Assembly (NCBI GenBank): GCA_052030825.1
Contig: JBPEYE010000029.1
Span: 1-47,099 of the forward strand
Source: Gammaproteobacteria bacterium
GTDB lineage: Bacteria > Pseudomonadota > Gammaproteobacteria > GCA-001735895
DNA length: 47,099 bases
Reading direction: 5' to 3'
Below are positions 19,693-29,667 of this stretch, piece after piece. The position numbers were made by a program, and so were the translations under genes. Below the pieces are notes generated by a model. That model saw nothing but the letters and a program-made list of their open reading frames with translations. It was not told the DNA's origin and did no database searches. Each line of letters begins with the position of its first letter. Position 1 is the stretch's first letter.

Positions 19693-21099
19693 TCATTGCG
19701 ATTCGGCGCGGATAAAGGCGATCGCCCGCTCGATTCGGGCCAGGCTGCGGGCGCGACCGAGCAGCGCCACGGTCTGATCGATCGGCGGCGAAAAGCCGCC
19801 GCCGGTGAGCGCGACTCGCAGCGGCTGCCCGACCTTGCCCATGCCGACCCCGAGATCCCGGGTCACCGCATCGATGACTTCATGCAAAGCGTCCCGTTCC
19901 CAGTTTTCGAGCGCGGCGAAGCCGGCGTGCAGGCGTTCGAGCGGCTCGACCGCGTCGACAACAAGCGCCTTGCGCGCCGCCTTGGCGTCGTACTCGGCAA
20001 ACTCTTCGAAACAATAGCGGATGCTGTCGACCAGCTGGTTGATCGTCGTCACTCGCTGACGATAAAGGTCGACGACCGGGTCGAAGTCGAAATCTTCGCC
20101 ATACTCGATGCCGAGCACCCGAAGCCGAGCGCGGACGAGATCGACGATGCGCTCGAGCGACGAATGCATCAGGTACTGCTGATTCACCCAGTCGAGCTTG
20201 GCGCTATCGAAGGATGCCGCCGACGCGTTGAGCCCTTCGAGCGAAAACAACCGGACCATTTCGTCGCGCGCGAAAATTTCCTGGTCGCCATGCGACCAGC
20301 CCAGGCGCACGAGATAATTGAGCATCGCCTCGGGTAGGTAGCCCGCGTCTCGATACTGCATGACGCCAACGGCGCCGTGACGCTTGGACAGCCGTTTGCC
20401 GTCGTTACCGAGGATCATCGGCAGGTGTGCGTATTCGGGCAGCGAAGCACCCAACGCCTCGAGGATGTTGATTTGCCGCGGCGTATTGTTGACGTGATCG
20501 TCACCTCTGATCACGTGCGTGATCGCCATGTCCATGTCGTCGACGACGACCGACAGGTTATACGTGGGACTGCCGTCGCTGCGCGCGATGACGAGATCGT
20601 CGAGTTCGGCATTGCTGACGCTGACGACGCCCTTGACGTGGTCGACGAAACGGACCTCACCGTCGCGCGGATTGCGGAACCGGACCGCCATCGCCGTGCC
20701 CGCGGACGGCTGCAGCCCACGGTCGCGGCAGTGGCCGTCGTAGCGCGGTTTGAGCTTTGCCGCCATTTGCTCGGCGCGCAGGGCGTCGAGCCGTTCCCGC
20801 GTGCACTCGCAGTAGTAGGCATCGCCCTGCGCGAGCAGTCGCTCGATGATCTCGCGATAGCGGTCGAAGCGTTCGGTCTGGTAGTACGGCCCTTCGTCGT
20901 AATCGAGCCCCAGCCAGTCCATGCCGTCGAGGATGGCCTGCACCGATTCGGGCGTCGATCGTTCGAGGTCGGTGTCTTCGATTCGCAGCACGAACCGGCC
21001 ATTCGTCTTGCGGCTGAACAACCAGCAGAACAGCGCGGTGCGCGCGCTGCCGACGTGCAGCACACCGGTCGGACTCGGAGCGAAACGGGTCTTGATCAT
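19693..21099 (-). CDS. gltX: Glutamate--tRNA ligase
   Basis: 468 aa. Motifs: RFAPSPTGVLHVGSARTALF (HIGH-type) and GKRLSKRHG (KMSKS-type). Confidence 0.95.
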   Translation of the reverse strand: MIKTRFAPSPTGVLHVGSARTALFCWLFSRKTNGRFVLRIEDTDLERSTPESVQAILDGMDWLGLDYDEGPYYQTERFDRYREIIERLLAQGDAYYCECTRERLDALRAEQMAAKLKPRYDGHCRDRGLQPSAGTAMAVRFRNPRDGEVRFVDHVKGVVSVSNAELDDLVIARSDGSPTYNLSVVVDDMDMAITHVIRGDDHVNNTPRQINILEALGASLPEYAHLPMILGNDGKRLSKRHGAVGVMQYRDAGYLPEAMLNYLVRLGWSHGDQEIFARDEMVRLFSLEGLNASAASFDSAKLDWVNQQYLMHSSLERIVDLVRARLRVLGIEYGEDFDFDPVVDLYRQRVTTINQLVDSIRYCFEEFAEYDAKAARKALVVDAVEPLERLHAGFAALENWERDALHEVIDAVTRDLGVGMGKVGQPLRVALTGGGFSPPIDQTVALLGRARSLARIERAIAFIRAESQ

Positions 21100-21174
21100 G
21101 GAGTCAGGGATCGGCCGGGTACGAATCGCGCGGTATTCTACTCGATTCGCGGGGCTCCGGCAGGTCTTTTGTCG

Positions 21175-21837
21175 TTAGAAGCGTTTTTCGATCTCGAGCA
21201 CCGATCCGGCCTGCTGGATACTGGTGTGACGCAGGAAGGAATTGCCGAGCAAAACTTCGGGTGGCGCGTTCCCTTCGATGACGGTCGCATCGACATCGCG
21301 CACGCGAATCCCGCCGATACTGACCGATTGCAGCCGGACCTGCCACACCGGCACGACCGCGGCCGCGGTCTGGGCCGAGCCCGGCACGCCGACGCGCCGG
21401 TAATCGATCTTGAGGCTGCGCGCCTTGGCACCCGAGAGGGTGACGTAGGTCGCGCCGGTATCGACCAGAAAACGCGTCGGCTGGCCGTTGATCTTGCCGC
21501 TGACGAAATACATCCCGAGATCGTCGGGATAGATTTTCATCGCGCTGCGCGTCGGCGCCTTGAAGTTGCCCGCGATCGACTGGTTCAGGCCCAGCGCCAG
21601 CGACTGCCCGTCGATTTCGACCACCGCGCCGCGACCCGAGGCCGACTTGAGCAGCACCCCCTTGAAGGTTTCGCCGACCCTGACGATCTTCTGCTCGCCG
21701 TCGATCTGCAGCAAGGCCTTGTCGGTGAATAGTGCGATGACCTTGACCCCGATTTCGGCACTCATCGCGAGGGGCGCCGCGACGACCAGCAGCGCGAAGA
21801 CGGCGGCGCGGTAAACCCGCCGCGTCACGCCAGCCAC
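21175..21837 (-). CDS. Secreted retropepsin-like (clan AA) aspartic protease
   Basis: 220 aa. Signal-like N-terminus (VYRAAVFALLVVAAPLAMSA). The FLVDTGATYVTLS motif (DTG active site) sits in the C-terminal half. Confidence 0.7.
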   Translation of the reverse strand: MAGVTRRVYRAAVFALLVVAAPLAMSAEIGVKVIALFTDKALLQIDGEQKIVRVGETFKGVLLKSASGRGAVVEIDGQSLALGLNQSIAGNFKAPTRSAMKIYPDDLGMYFVSGKINGQPTRFLVDTGATYVTLSGAKARSLKIDYRRVGVPGSAQTAAAVVPVWQVRLQSVSIGGIRVRDVDATVIEGNAPPEVLLGNSFLRHTSIQQAGSVLEIEKRF

Positions 21838-22328
21838 CAGTGCGCGGCCTGCAGGCAGCCGAGCGCATAGCCGCCAGCGAGGAGGTCGTCGAGCATGATT
21901 CCAAAACCGCCGTGCATATTTTTATCCGCGAATCTGACCGGCCAGGGTTTGACGATGTCGAAAAATCTAAATAGCACAAATCCGGCGACAATCCACGGCC
22001 AGGTCGGCGGCAGCGCGGTCATCGCCAGCCAGAAACCGACAAACTCGTCCCAGACGATCGCACCGTGGTCGTGGACCCCGAGCGCATCGCTGGTATAGCG
22101 GCACAGGTACACGCCGGCGGCAAATCCCAGGCCGACCGCGACCAGGTAGAGCGGCCAGTCGAGCTGGGCGAGCAACAGGTAGGGCGGGATTGCCGCCAGC
22201 GTGCCGCAGGTACCGGGCGCCCGCGGTGCCAGGCCCGAACCGAATCCGAGGGCGAGGCAATGCAGCGGATTGCGCAACAGCGCTGGCGACGGGCTAGCCA
22301 AAGTGCCGATATCCGCCGGCGGCCGCAA
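21825..22328 (-). CDS. pgpA: Phosphatidylglycerophosphatase A
   Basis: LRNPLHCLALGFGSGLAPRAPGTCGTLAAIP...HGAIVWDEFVGFW...FRFFDIVKPWP. The start is uncertain; the track start overlaps thiL by 35 nt. Confidence 0.85.
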   Translation of the reverse strand: MRPPADIGTLASPSPALLRNPLHCLALGFGSGLAPRAPGTCGTLAAIPPYLLLAQLDWPLYLVAVGLGFAAGVYLCRYTSDALGVHDHGAIVWDEFVGFWLAMTALPPTWPWIVAGFVLFRFFDIVKPWPVRFADKNMHGGFGIMLDDLLAGGYALGCLQAAHWWLA

Positions 22329-23256
22329 GGTCGGTATGGCGGCCGTCGTGTTCGAGCAGGTAATCGGTTTCGGTGAGCGTGCCGATCACGCTGAGCGGGC
22401 AGTCCGGGTGTGCCGCGTTCCATGCATCGATGGCGGCCTGCGCGCGCGGCGGCACGCAACAGCAGATCTCGTAGTCGTCGCCAGCGCCGAGCGCGAATTC
22501 CCAGGCATTTTTCCGGCGGATGTAGTCGTTGACCGGCAGCGCGTCGCGCACGAGCAAGCCGCCACAGTGGCTCGCGCGCAGGATGTGGCGCAGATCGCCC
22601 CGCAGGCCATCCGACAGGTCGATCGCGGCGCTCGCGTGCGCGCGCAGGAACGGCACCAGTTCGAGTCGCGGCTGCGGACGGTTGAGCGCCAGCCGGCAGG
22701 TTTCGGCGAGCGCCGGGGGCAGCTCGACGCGGCCGTCGCTCGCGGCCAGCCCGAGCCCGGCGTCGCCGAGTCGCCCCGAGACCACGACCAGGTCCCCGGG
22801 CGACCCGCCGGCGCGGGTCACGTATGCGTCGGCGGGTACCGTGCCGGCGACCTGCACCGTGACCGCGAGCGGTCCGCGGCAGGTGTCGCCCCCGATCAGC
22901 GCGACGCCGTGAGCGCGCGCGGTCGCGTCGAGTCCCTGCGCGAACGCCTCGAGCCAGCCCGCGTCGGCGCGCGGCAGAGTTAAAGACAACTGGAACCAGT
23001 CGGGCTCGGCGGCCATCGCGGCGAGGTCGCTCAGATTGACCGCGAGTGCCTTGTGGGCGACGTCGGCGGCGGCGGTAGCGGATGGAAAATGGATACCCTC
23101 GACGAGGGTGTCCATCGCGACGACGAGCTGTTGTCCCGGCGGCAAATCGACGACCGCGCCGTCGTCGCCGATACCGAGTCGCAGATTGGCCGAGGCTTCG
23201 CCGAGCGCGCCGAAGTAATCGTCGATCAGTGCGAATTCATCGAGCGCCATCGCCAC
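22294..23256 (-). CDS. thiL: Thiamine-monophosphate kinase
   Basis: 320 aa. Motifs: [39 protein letters not shown] and LIGGDT. Confidence 0.9.
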   Translation of the reverse strand: MAMALDEFALIDDYFGALGEASANLRLGIGDDGAVVDLPPGQQLVVAMDTLVEGIHFPSATAAADVAHKALAVNLSDLAAMAAEPDWFQLSLTLPRADAGWLEAFAQGLDATARAHGVALIGGDTCRGPLAVTVQVAGTVPADAYVTRAGGSPGDLVVVSGRLGDAGLGLAASDGRVELPPALAETCRLALNRPQPRLELVPFLRAHASAAIDLSDGLRGDLRHILRASHCGGLLVRDALPVNDYIRRKNAWEFALGAGDDYEICCCVPPRAQAAIDAWNAAHPDCPLSVIGTLTETDYLLEHDGRHTDLAAAGGYRHFG

Positions 23257-23698
23257 CCTTCGCGTTCTTTTCCAGCGCGCGCAACTCGGCCGCCAGCGGA
23301 TCGAGCACGCCGTTGACGAACTTGTGGCTATCGTCGGCGCCGAAGCGTTTCGCCAGGTTGATCGCCTCGTTGATTACGACCCGGTAGGGGATTTCCAGAT
23401 GCTCGAGAAACTCGTAGGTCGCGATCCGCAGGATGTTGGTTTCGATCGGGTCGAGGTGATTCTCGAATTGCGCGACGTGCTTGTGAAAATGCGCGTCGAG
23501 CTCGTCTACGCGCGGCGGAATCCGGTAGAGCAACTCGAGGAAATAGGCTTCGTCGCCCGCCGCCACGCCCTGCTCGGCGAGATAGTGATCGCGGATCCAG
23601 TCGAGCTCCTCGCCCGATAACTGCCACTGGTAGAGCGCCTGCAGGCCTTTTTCGCGGGCATGCTTGCGTTGCCTGATCGCGCGTGCCTTGTCATTCAC
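23237..23698 (-). CDS. nusB: Transcription antitermination factor NusB
   Basis: 153 aa. Motifs: [45 protein letters not shown] and KFVNGVLD. Confidence 0.95.
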   Translation of the reverse strand: MNDKARAIRQRKHAREKGLQALYQWQLSGEELDWIRDHYLAEQGVAAGDEAYFLELLYRIPPRVDELDAHFHKHVAQFENHLDPIETNILRIATYEFLEHLEIPYRVVINEAINLAKRFGADDSHKFVNGVLDPLAAELRALEKNAKGGDGAR

Positions 23699-24186
23699 CG
23701 CCGGTCCGGGGACACCCTGATCTTGCGCAACAGGCTGATCATTTCGAGCGCGGCAAGGGCCGCGTCGGCGCCCTTGTTGCCGGCCTTGGTGCCGGCGCGT
23801 TCGACCGCCTGTTCGATCGTTTCGGTGGTCAGGATGCCGTTGATGACCGGCACCGAATGCGCCAGCGCGAGGCCCGCGAGCGCCCGCGCGCTCTCGCCGG
23901 CGACGAGGTCGAAATGCGGAGTCGCGCCGCGGATCACGGCACCGAGCGCGATGACCGCGTCGTGCTTTCCCGCGATCGCGTATTCCTGCACCGCGAGCGG
24001 GATTTCGAGCGCCCCGGGTACGTGGCTGACGGTGATGTCACCGGCGTCGATACCGGCCCGCGCGAGCGTGTCGAGCGCACCGCGTAACAGGCTTTCGACG
24101 ATGAAGTCGTTGAAGCGCCCGGCGACGATTGCGATCTTTGCCTGCGCGACCGTCAGGTCGCCGTCGACCTGGTCAACCTCGGCCAT
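23695..24186 (-). CDS. ribH: 6,7-dimethyl-8-ribityllumazine synthase
   Basis: 163 aa. Motifs: [47 protein letters not shown] and [11 protein letters not shown]. Confidence 0.95.
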   Translation of the reverse strand: MAEVDQVDGDLTVAQAKIAIVAGRFNDFIVESLLRGALDTLARAGIDAGDITVSHVPGALEIPLAVQEYAIAGKHDAVIALGAVIRGATPHFDLVAGESARALAGLALAHSVPVINGILTTETIEQAVERAGTKAGNKGADAALAALEMISLLRKIRVSPDRR

Positions 24187-24189
24187 GGC

Positions 24190-25329
24190 TCAGTCCGTCG
24201 CCTTGTAGTAATCCACGACCTCGAGGCCGAATCCGGCGAGTCCGTGGAATACCTTGGGCGCGCTCAACAGGCTCATCTTGCGCACCCCGAGGTCGGCGAG
24301 TATCTGCGCGCCGATGCCGTAGGTGCGCTGGTCGTCGCCGCGTTCGTCGTCGGAATGCCCCTGGATCAGGCTCTCGATGCGGTGGACGATGTCCTTCGGC
24401 GTCTCGGCCTGGCGCAGGAACACGATGACGCCCGCGCCCGCGCGCGCGATGGTTTGCATGACGTCGCGCAGCGGCCAGCCGCGTCCCTCGGTCCCGGCGA
24501 GCGCGTCGGTCAACGTATTCTGGACGTGGACGCGCACCGGGATCGGTTGCTCCGGATCGATCGTGCCCATGACCAGTGCGAGGTGCAGCTCGTTGGCGAT
24601 GCTGTCCTCGAAGGCATAAAGCTTGAATTCGCCGAAATCGGTCGGAAAGCGCGATTCGACGATGCGCTCGACCGTGTGCTCGTTTTCGATGCGGTAGCGG
24701 ATCAGGTCCTCGATGGTGCCGATCTTGAGGTGATGTCGGCGGGCGAACACTTCGAGATCCTTGCGCCGTGCCATCGACCCGTCGTCGTTGAGAATCTCGA
24801 CGATGACCGCGGCCGGTTCGAATCCGGCGAGCCGGGCAAGATCGCAGCCGGCTTCGGTGTGGCCGGCGCGAAACAGCACCCCGCCCTTGCGCGCCATGAC
24901 CGGAAAGATATGTCCCGGCTGAACGATGCTGTCGGGCGTCGCGTCTGGCCTGACCGCGGCGCGAATCGTCGTCGCGCGGTCGGCTGCCGAAATGCCGGTG
25001 GTCACGCCCTCGGCGGCTTCGATCGAGACGGTGAAATTGGTTGCCATTTTTTCGCGATTGTCGCCGACCATCAGCGGCAGGCGCAGTTGCCGGCAGCGCT
25101 GCTCGGACAGCGTCAGGCAGATCAGGCCGCGCCCGTATTTGGCCATGAAGTTGATGTGTTCCGCGGTCACCGCTTCCGCCGCCATGATGATGTCGCCCTC
25201 GTTCTCGCGATCCTCGTCGTCCATGATCACGACCATCTTGCCGGCCTTGATGTCGGCAATAATTTCCTCGGTCGTATTGAGCTGCATGTCGAGCTCGACG
25301 GGTTTGTTCATTTCAGCGGGCTTGTTCAT
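24190..25329 (-). CDS. ribB: 3,4-dihydroxy-2-butanone-4-phosphate synthase with a degenerate GTP cyclohydrolase II-like C-terminal domain (RibBX-type)
   Basis: The N-terminal half has DHBP-synthase motifs ([39 protein letters not shown]). The C-terminal half aligns to RibA, but it reads [21 protein letters not shown] where RibA has RVHSECLTGD...RCDCG, so all three zinc cysteines are missing. Confidence 0.85.
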   Translation of the reverse strand: MNKPAEMNKPVELDMQLNTTEEIIADIKAGKMVVIMDDEDRENEGDIIMAAEAVTAEHINFMAKYGRGLICLTLSEQRCRQLRLPLMVGDNREKMATNFTVSIEAAEGVTTGISAADRATTIRAAVRPDATPDSIVQPGHIFPVMARKGGVLFRAGHTEAGCDLARLAGFEPAAVIVEILNDDGSMARRKDLEVFARRHHLKIGTIEDLIRYRIENEHTVERIVESRFPTDFGEFKLYAFEDSIANELHLALVMGTIDPEQPIPVRVHVQNTLTDALAGTEGRGWPLRDVMQTIARAGAGVIVFLRQAETPKDIVHRIESLIQGHSDDERGDDQRTYGIGAQILADLGVRKMSLLSAPKVFHGLAGFGLEVVDYYKATD

Positions 25330-26017
25330 CGTCGGTAAATCCCGATTCTATCAGGGTTTGCAGAAATCGTCGGTCGCGCTCGGCGGCGGACTCGGCGCGT
25401 CCGTCGAGCAACCGTTCGAGGTAACGCGCCAGCAAATCGACCTCAATGTTAACCCGATGACCGACTTCGTAGAACTGGAATGTCGTCTGCGTCTGGGTGT
25501 GCGGCACGATGTTGACGTCGAAACGATTGCCGTCGACGAAATTGACAGTGAGGCTGACCCCGTCGATGGTCACCGAGCCCTTGACCGCGATGTAACGCTG
25601 TAACGCCGGGTCGACCTCGAAGCGGAAGCGTACCGAGCGCGCCGCCGGTTCGCGCTCCAGCAGCGTCGCCAACCCGTCGACGTGGCCGCTGACGAGATGC
25701 CCGCCGAGCGCGCGTTCGAGCGTCAGCGCCGTTTCGAGGTTGACCGGGTCGCCTGCGGCGAGTTCGCCGAGGCTCGTCTTGTCGAGGGTTTCGCGCGAAA
25801 CGTCGGCGGCGAAACCCGCGTCGTCGAATTCGACCGCGGTCAGGCAAACGCCGTTGACCGCGATGCTGTCACCGGGCGCCGCGCGGCCGAGGTCGAGCGT
25901 GGCGGCGTCGATCAGGAGGCGCAGGTCGCCGTCGCTCCGGGCGCCGTCGCGCCGGGCGCCGCCGCGCGCCTCGCGCTGCCGGATACTGCCAAGCGCCTCT
26001 ATGATGCCGGTAAACAT
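25313..26017 (-). CDS. ribE: Riboflavin synthase (alpha chain)
   Basis: 234 aa. Motifs: [37 protein letters not shown] and PHTQTQTT. It has about 10 extra Arg/Gly-rich residues near the N-terminus compared with E. coli RibC. Confidence 0.9.
   Translation of the reverse strand: MFTGIIEALGSIRQREARGGARRDGARSDGDLRLLIDAATLDLGRAAPGDSIAVNGVCLTAVEFDDAGFAADVSRETLDKTSLGELAAGDPVNLETALTLERALGGHLVSGHVDGLATLLEREPAARSVRFRFEVDPALQRYIAVKGSVTIDGVSLTVNFVDGNRFDVNIVPHTQTQTTFQFYEVGHRVNIEVDLLARYLERLLDGRAESAAERDRRFLQTLIESGFTDDEQAR
25931..25960 (-). repeat. 15-bp in-frame tandem duplication inside ribE
   Basis: gtcgcTccgggcgcc (25931-25945) is followed by gtcgcGccgggcgcc (25946-25960), with one mismatch. On the coding strand they encode [10 protein letters not shown]. 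Confidence 0.8.
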
Positions 26018-26589
26018 CAGCCGAGTTCGAGCGTGTAGTGGGTCATCGGCAGCGCCGAGCCGGTATCGAAGGCGGCGCCGGCCGCGATCCCGGCGGTGGC
26101 GATTGCGACCGCATCGTCGCGCTCGGCATAGATCGCGTGCATCGCGCCAAGCGCGAATTCGGCGCCCGAACCGATCGCCCAGAAACGGGTGTACTGGTCG
26201 ACCTCGCGCAGCGCGTAGAGGCCGAAAATCCCGTTGCGGTTCATGATCAGCGCGTCGACCCGGGACGACTCGTAGGTGTCGTCGTCTTCGTCCTTGCTGT
26301 TGAGATAGTACTCGTCTTTCAGAATCGGGTGCAGCTGACGCATGGTTTCGAAGATTCGCGCGCGGTCGGACAGATCGATACGGTCGGCATGATGCTCGAG
26401 CAGATTGCGCACGACGAGATGATGGGCGGCGCTGCCGACGATGCCGATGTAGTGGTCATCGCCGAAGCGGATGATCTTGTCCGAATCGGTGACGAAGTCG
26501 GCGGCCTGGCGGGTATCGCCGAACGTGGTCAGGCTGTCCGCGGCGATACAGGCAAGTCCGGATTTGACGACTGCGACGATGGTTGACAC
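26017..26589 (-). CDS. HslV / proteasome beta-subunit-like Ntn hydrolase (hypothetical)
   Basis: 190 aa. N-terminus MSTIVAVVKSGLACIAADSLTTFGDT (compare HslV [26 protein letters not shown]), plus IGIVGSAAH and AIGSGAEFALGAMHA. The start is 6 nt after the ribD stop. The stop overlaps the ribE ATG by 1 nt (TGATG). Confidence 0.6.
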   Translation of the reverse strand: MSTIVAVVKSGLACIAADSLTTFGDTRQAADFVTDSDKIIRFGDDHYIGIVGSAAHHLVVRNLLEHHADRIDLSDRARIFETMRQLHPILKDEYYLNSKDEDDDTYESSRVDALIMNRNGIFGLYALREVDQYTRFWAIGSGAEFALGAMHAIYAERDDAVAIATAGIAAGAAFDTGSALPMTHYTLELG

Positions 26590-26595
26590 GTTGGT

Positions 26596-27711
26596 TTACT
26601 CCAGGGACAGGATCAGGCGGAGGTCGTCGCCGACCTGCCGGTTATCGCGGATGGTAACATCGCGGCGCGCCGCCATCTCGCGAATTTCGCCGAGATCGAA
26701 GCCGCCGCGAGCGGCGCTGCCGAGCAGGTGCGGTGCCAGGTAGAGCACGATCTGGTCGGCATGGCCCTCGCCAACGAGCGCGCCGGCAAGCCCGGCGCCG
26801 CATTCGGTGTGCAGCTCGTTGACACCGCGCCGGGCAAGATCGTCGAGCATCGCGCCCAGATCGATCCGATCGCCGCCCGCACCGGTTTGCGTGATGATCG
26901 TCGCGCCGCGTGCCTCGAGCCGCGCGCGGCGCTCAGCGTCGGCGCTCAGCGTGTATATCCAGATTTCGCCGCCGCGCGTGAATATTTTTTCGTCACCCCC
27001 AAGCTCGAGGCGTGCATCGACGATCGCCCGCGCCGGCTGGCGCGGTGCGCGCGACTGGCCGAGCGCGGTGGCGTCGAGCCGCAGGTCCAGCGACGGGTCG
27101 TCGGCGAGCACGGTGCGCGCACTGCTCAGGATGGCCGCCGCGCGGGCGCGCAGAAATTGCACGTCGCGGCGCGCCGCTTCGCCGGTGATCCACTGGCTGA
27201 CGCCATTGGCGAGCGCGGTCTTGCCGTCGAGAGAACAGGCCATCTTGACGCTGACGAACGGCCGCCCGCGTTGCATGCGCTTGACGAAGCCGCGATTGAG
27301 CGCCCGCGCCTCGGACTCGAGGACGCCACAGACGACCTCGATGCCCTGCGCACGCAACTGCTCGAGGCCGCGCCCGCCGACTTCGGGGTTGGGGTCGGCC
27401 ATCGCGGCGACGACGCGCGCCGGCCGGCACGCGATCACGGCGTCGACGCACGGCGGCGTGCGGCCATGGTGCGAGCAGGGTTCGAGCGAGACGAAAAACT
27501 CCGCGCCTGGCGGTATCTCGGCCGCGCTGATCGCATTGACCTCGGCATGCGGGCCACCGGCGAACTCGTGCCAGCCGGAGGCGAGCAGCCGTTCGCCGGC
27601 AACGATCACGCAGCCGACGCTCGGGTTGGGTGGCGTACTGTACAAACCGCGGCGCGCGGCGCGCAGCGCCTCGGCCATCCAGCGCTGGTCCCGGCCTGGC
27701 GTCAAGGTCAA
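26596..27711 (-). CDS. ribD: Bifunctional diaminohydroxyphosphoribosylaminopyrimidine deaminase / 5-amino-6-(5-phosphoribosylamino)uracil reductase
   Basis: 371 aa. Deaminase zinc motifs HAEVNAI and LEPCSHHGRTPPC are followed by a reductase domain (KMACSLDGKTA...). Confidence 0.95.
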   Translation of the reverse strand: MTLTPGRDQRWMAEALRAARRGLYSTPPNPSVGCVIVAGERLLASGWHEFAGGPHAEVNAISAAEIPPGAEFFVSLEPCSHHGRTPPCVDAVIACRPARVVAAMADPNPEVGGRGLEQLRAQGIEVVCGVLESEARALNRGFVKRMQRGRPFVSVKMACSLDGKTALANGVSQWITGEAARRDVQFLRARAAAILSSARTVLADDPSLDLRLDATALGQSRAPRQPARAIVDARLELGGDEKIFTRGGEIWIYTLSADAERRARLEARGATIITQTGAGGDRIDLGAMLDDLARRGVNELHTECGAGLAGALVGEGHADQIVLYLAPHLLGSAARGGFDLGEIREMAARRDVTIRDNRQVGDDLRLILSLE

Positions 27712-28211
27712 CTATCCTCGTCGATCAGCGGGACCTGGCGGCGATGCTCCTCGGGCGTCGGCTCGGCCGCCAGCGCCTTGATCGCTTCCTCGAAAGCCTC
27801 GATGTCCTCGAAACTCAGGTAGACCGAAGCAAAGCGGAGATACGCGACGTGATCGACACGCCTGAGTTCGTGCATGACCATTTCGCCGATCTGGCGCGAC
27901 GGGATCTCGCGCGAATCGACGCCGACCAGCTGGCGCTTGATGTGGTTGATCGCGTCCTCGATCTGCTCGGCGGTGACCGGACGCTTCTCGAGCGCGCGCA
28001 GCATTCCGCCGCGCAGCCGTGCCTCGTCGAAAGTGTCGCGACTGCCGTCGTTCTTGATCACCATCGGCATATTGAGCATTGGCGACTCGTAGGTCGTGAA
28101 GCGCGATTCACAGGTCACGCACTCGCGTCGCCGCCGCACCTGGGTCGATTCGGATGCCAGCCTCGAGTCGACGACGCGGGTATCCGGGGTGCCGCAAAAC
28201 GGGCATTTCAT
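27708..28211 (-). CDS. nrdR: Transcriptional repressor NrdR
   Basis: MKCPFCGTPDTRVVDSR...RRRECVTCESRFTTYE zinc ribbon plus an ATP-cone (VIKNDGSRDTFDEARL...). Confidence 0.95.
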   Translation of the reverse strand: MKCPFCGTPDTRVVDSRLASESTQVRRRRECVTCESRFTTYESPMLNMPMVIKNDGSRDTFDEARLRGGMLRALEKRPVTAEQIEDAINHIKRQLVGVDSREIPSRQIGEMVMHELRRVDHVAYLRFASVYLSFEDIEAFEEAIKALAAEPTPEEHRRQVPLIDEDS

Positions 28212-28224
28212 GGCGCGACCGGAT

Positions 28225-29481
28225 TTACTCCCGGTAGACCGGCTTGCGTTTGCAGATCTCGCCGACCTTTTCCTTGACCGTCGCCAGTACTTCCTCGTTG
28301 CCCATGTCGTCGAGGATATCGCAGATCCAGCCGGCGAGGTCGCGCGATTCGTTTTCGTCGAAACCGCGCGTGGTGATCGCCGGCGAGCCGATGCGCAAGC
28401 CCGAGGTCACGAACGGCGATTGCGGGTCGTTCGGCACCGAGTTCTTGTTGACCGTGATGTGCGCCTTCGACAACGCTGCGTCGGCATCCTTTCCGGTCAA
28501 GCCCTTGCTGATCAGCGACAGCAGGAACAGGTGATTGTCGGTGCCACCCGAGACCACGTCGTAACCGCGTTCGATGAACGTGTTGGCCATGGCCTGGGCG
28601 TTGACGACGACCTGTTTCTGGTAGGCGACGAATTCGTCGCTCATCGCTTCCTTGAAGGCCACCGCCTTGGCCGCGATGACGTGCATCAGCGGGCCGCCCT
28701 GGGTCCCCGGGAAGACCATCGAGTTGAGTTTCTTTTCGACTTCCTCGTTGGCGCGGGCGACGATGATACCGCCGCGCGGACCGCGCAGGGTCTTGTGCGT
28801 GGTGCTGGTGCAGACGTCGGCATGCGGCACCGGGCTCGGGTAGACTCCGGCCGCGACCAGCCCGGCGACGTGCGCCATGTCGACGAAAAGGTAAGCCCCG
28901 ACGCTGTCGGCGATCTCGCGAAATCGCTCCCATTTCATGATCCGCGAATAGGCCGAAAAGCCGGCGATGATCATTTTCGGCTGGTGCTCTTTCGCCAGCG
29001 CTTCGACCTGGTCGTAATCGATTTCGCCGGTTTCCGAATCGAGGCCGTATTGCACCGCATTGAAGATCTTGCCGGAAAAGTTGACCGGCGAGCCGTGGGT
29101 CAGGTGGCCGCCGTCGGACAGGCTCATGCCGAGAATCGTGTCGCCGGCCTTGAGTAGCGCAAAATAGACCGCGGCGTTGGCCTGCGAACCCGAATGCGGC
29201 TGCACGTTGGCGTAGTCGGCGTTGAACAGCTGTTTAACGCGTTCGATCGCGAGCGCCTCGGCGACGTCGACGAACTCGCACCCCCCGTAATACCGCTTGC
29301 CGGGATAGCCCTCGGCGTACTTGTTGGTCAGAACCGAGCCCTGCGCCTGCATCGTGCGCGGGCTGGTGTAGTTTTCCGAGGCGATCAGTTCGATATGGTC
29401 TTCCTGGCGTTGCGCCTCGTCTTCCATCGCCTGCCAGAGTTCCGGGTCGAAATCGGCGATATTCATCGTTTTGGCAAACAT
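28225..29481 (-). CDS. glyA: Serine hydroxymethyltransferase
   Basis: Start at ATG 29481 ([38 protein letters not shown]; compare E. coli [22 protein letters not shown]...). PLP-lysine motif [13 protein letters not shown]. The 586-aa track ORF carries a spurious 168-codon N-terminal extension. Confidence 0.95.
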   Translation of the reverse strand: MFAKTMNIADFDPELWQAMEDEAQRQEDHIELIASENYTSPRTMQAQGSVLTNKYAEGYPGKRYYGGCEFVDVAEALAIERVKQLFNADYANVQPHSGSQANAAVYFALLKAGDTILGMSLSDGGHLTHGSPVNFSGKIFNAVQYGLDSETGEIDYDQVEALAKEHQPKMIIAGFSAYSRIMKWERFREIADSVGAYLFVDMAHVAGLVAAGVYPSPVPHADVCTSTTHKTLRGPRGGIIVARANEEVEKKLNSMVFPGTQGGPLMHVIAAKAVAFKEAMSDEFVAYQKQVVVNAQAMANTFIERGYDVVSGGTDNHLFLLSLISKGLTGKDADAALSKAHITVNKNSVPNDPQSPFVTSGLRIGSPAITTRGFDENESRDLAGWICDILDDMGNEEVLATVKEKVGEICKRKPVYRE

Positions 29482-29667
29482 GCGGCATCCTCGAGCTCGA
29501 AAAAGAAGGCGATAGTACGAAAAAAACCCCCAATAATCACGCCAAAGGCGACAAAATCGCTCGCCAGAACGGCATTCCGGACCGCCGGCGGCGCGATCCG
29601 GTTGATTTCCCCTGGCGTCCGCCCATATTGTATAATTCGCCGATTGGCAACAGCAGGTGCAAGCAAG

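Noticed and set aside
24190-28211. Search for an FMN riboswitch in the riboflavin operon
   Set aside because: All rib genes abut or overlap. The gaps are 0-6 nt, apart from 13 nt between glyA and nrdR, which leaves no room for a ~130-nt aptamer. I saw nothing resembling the FMN element.
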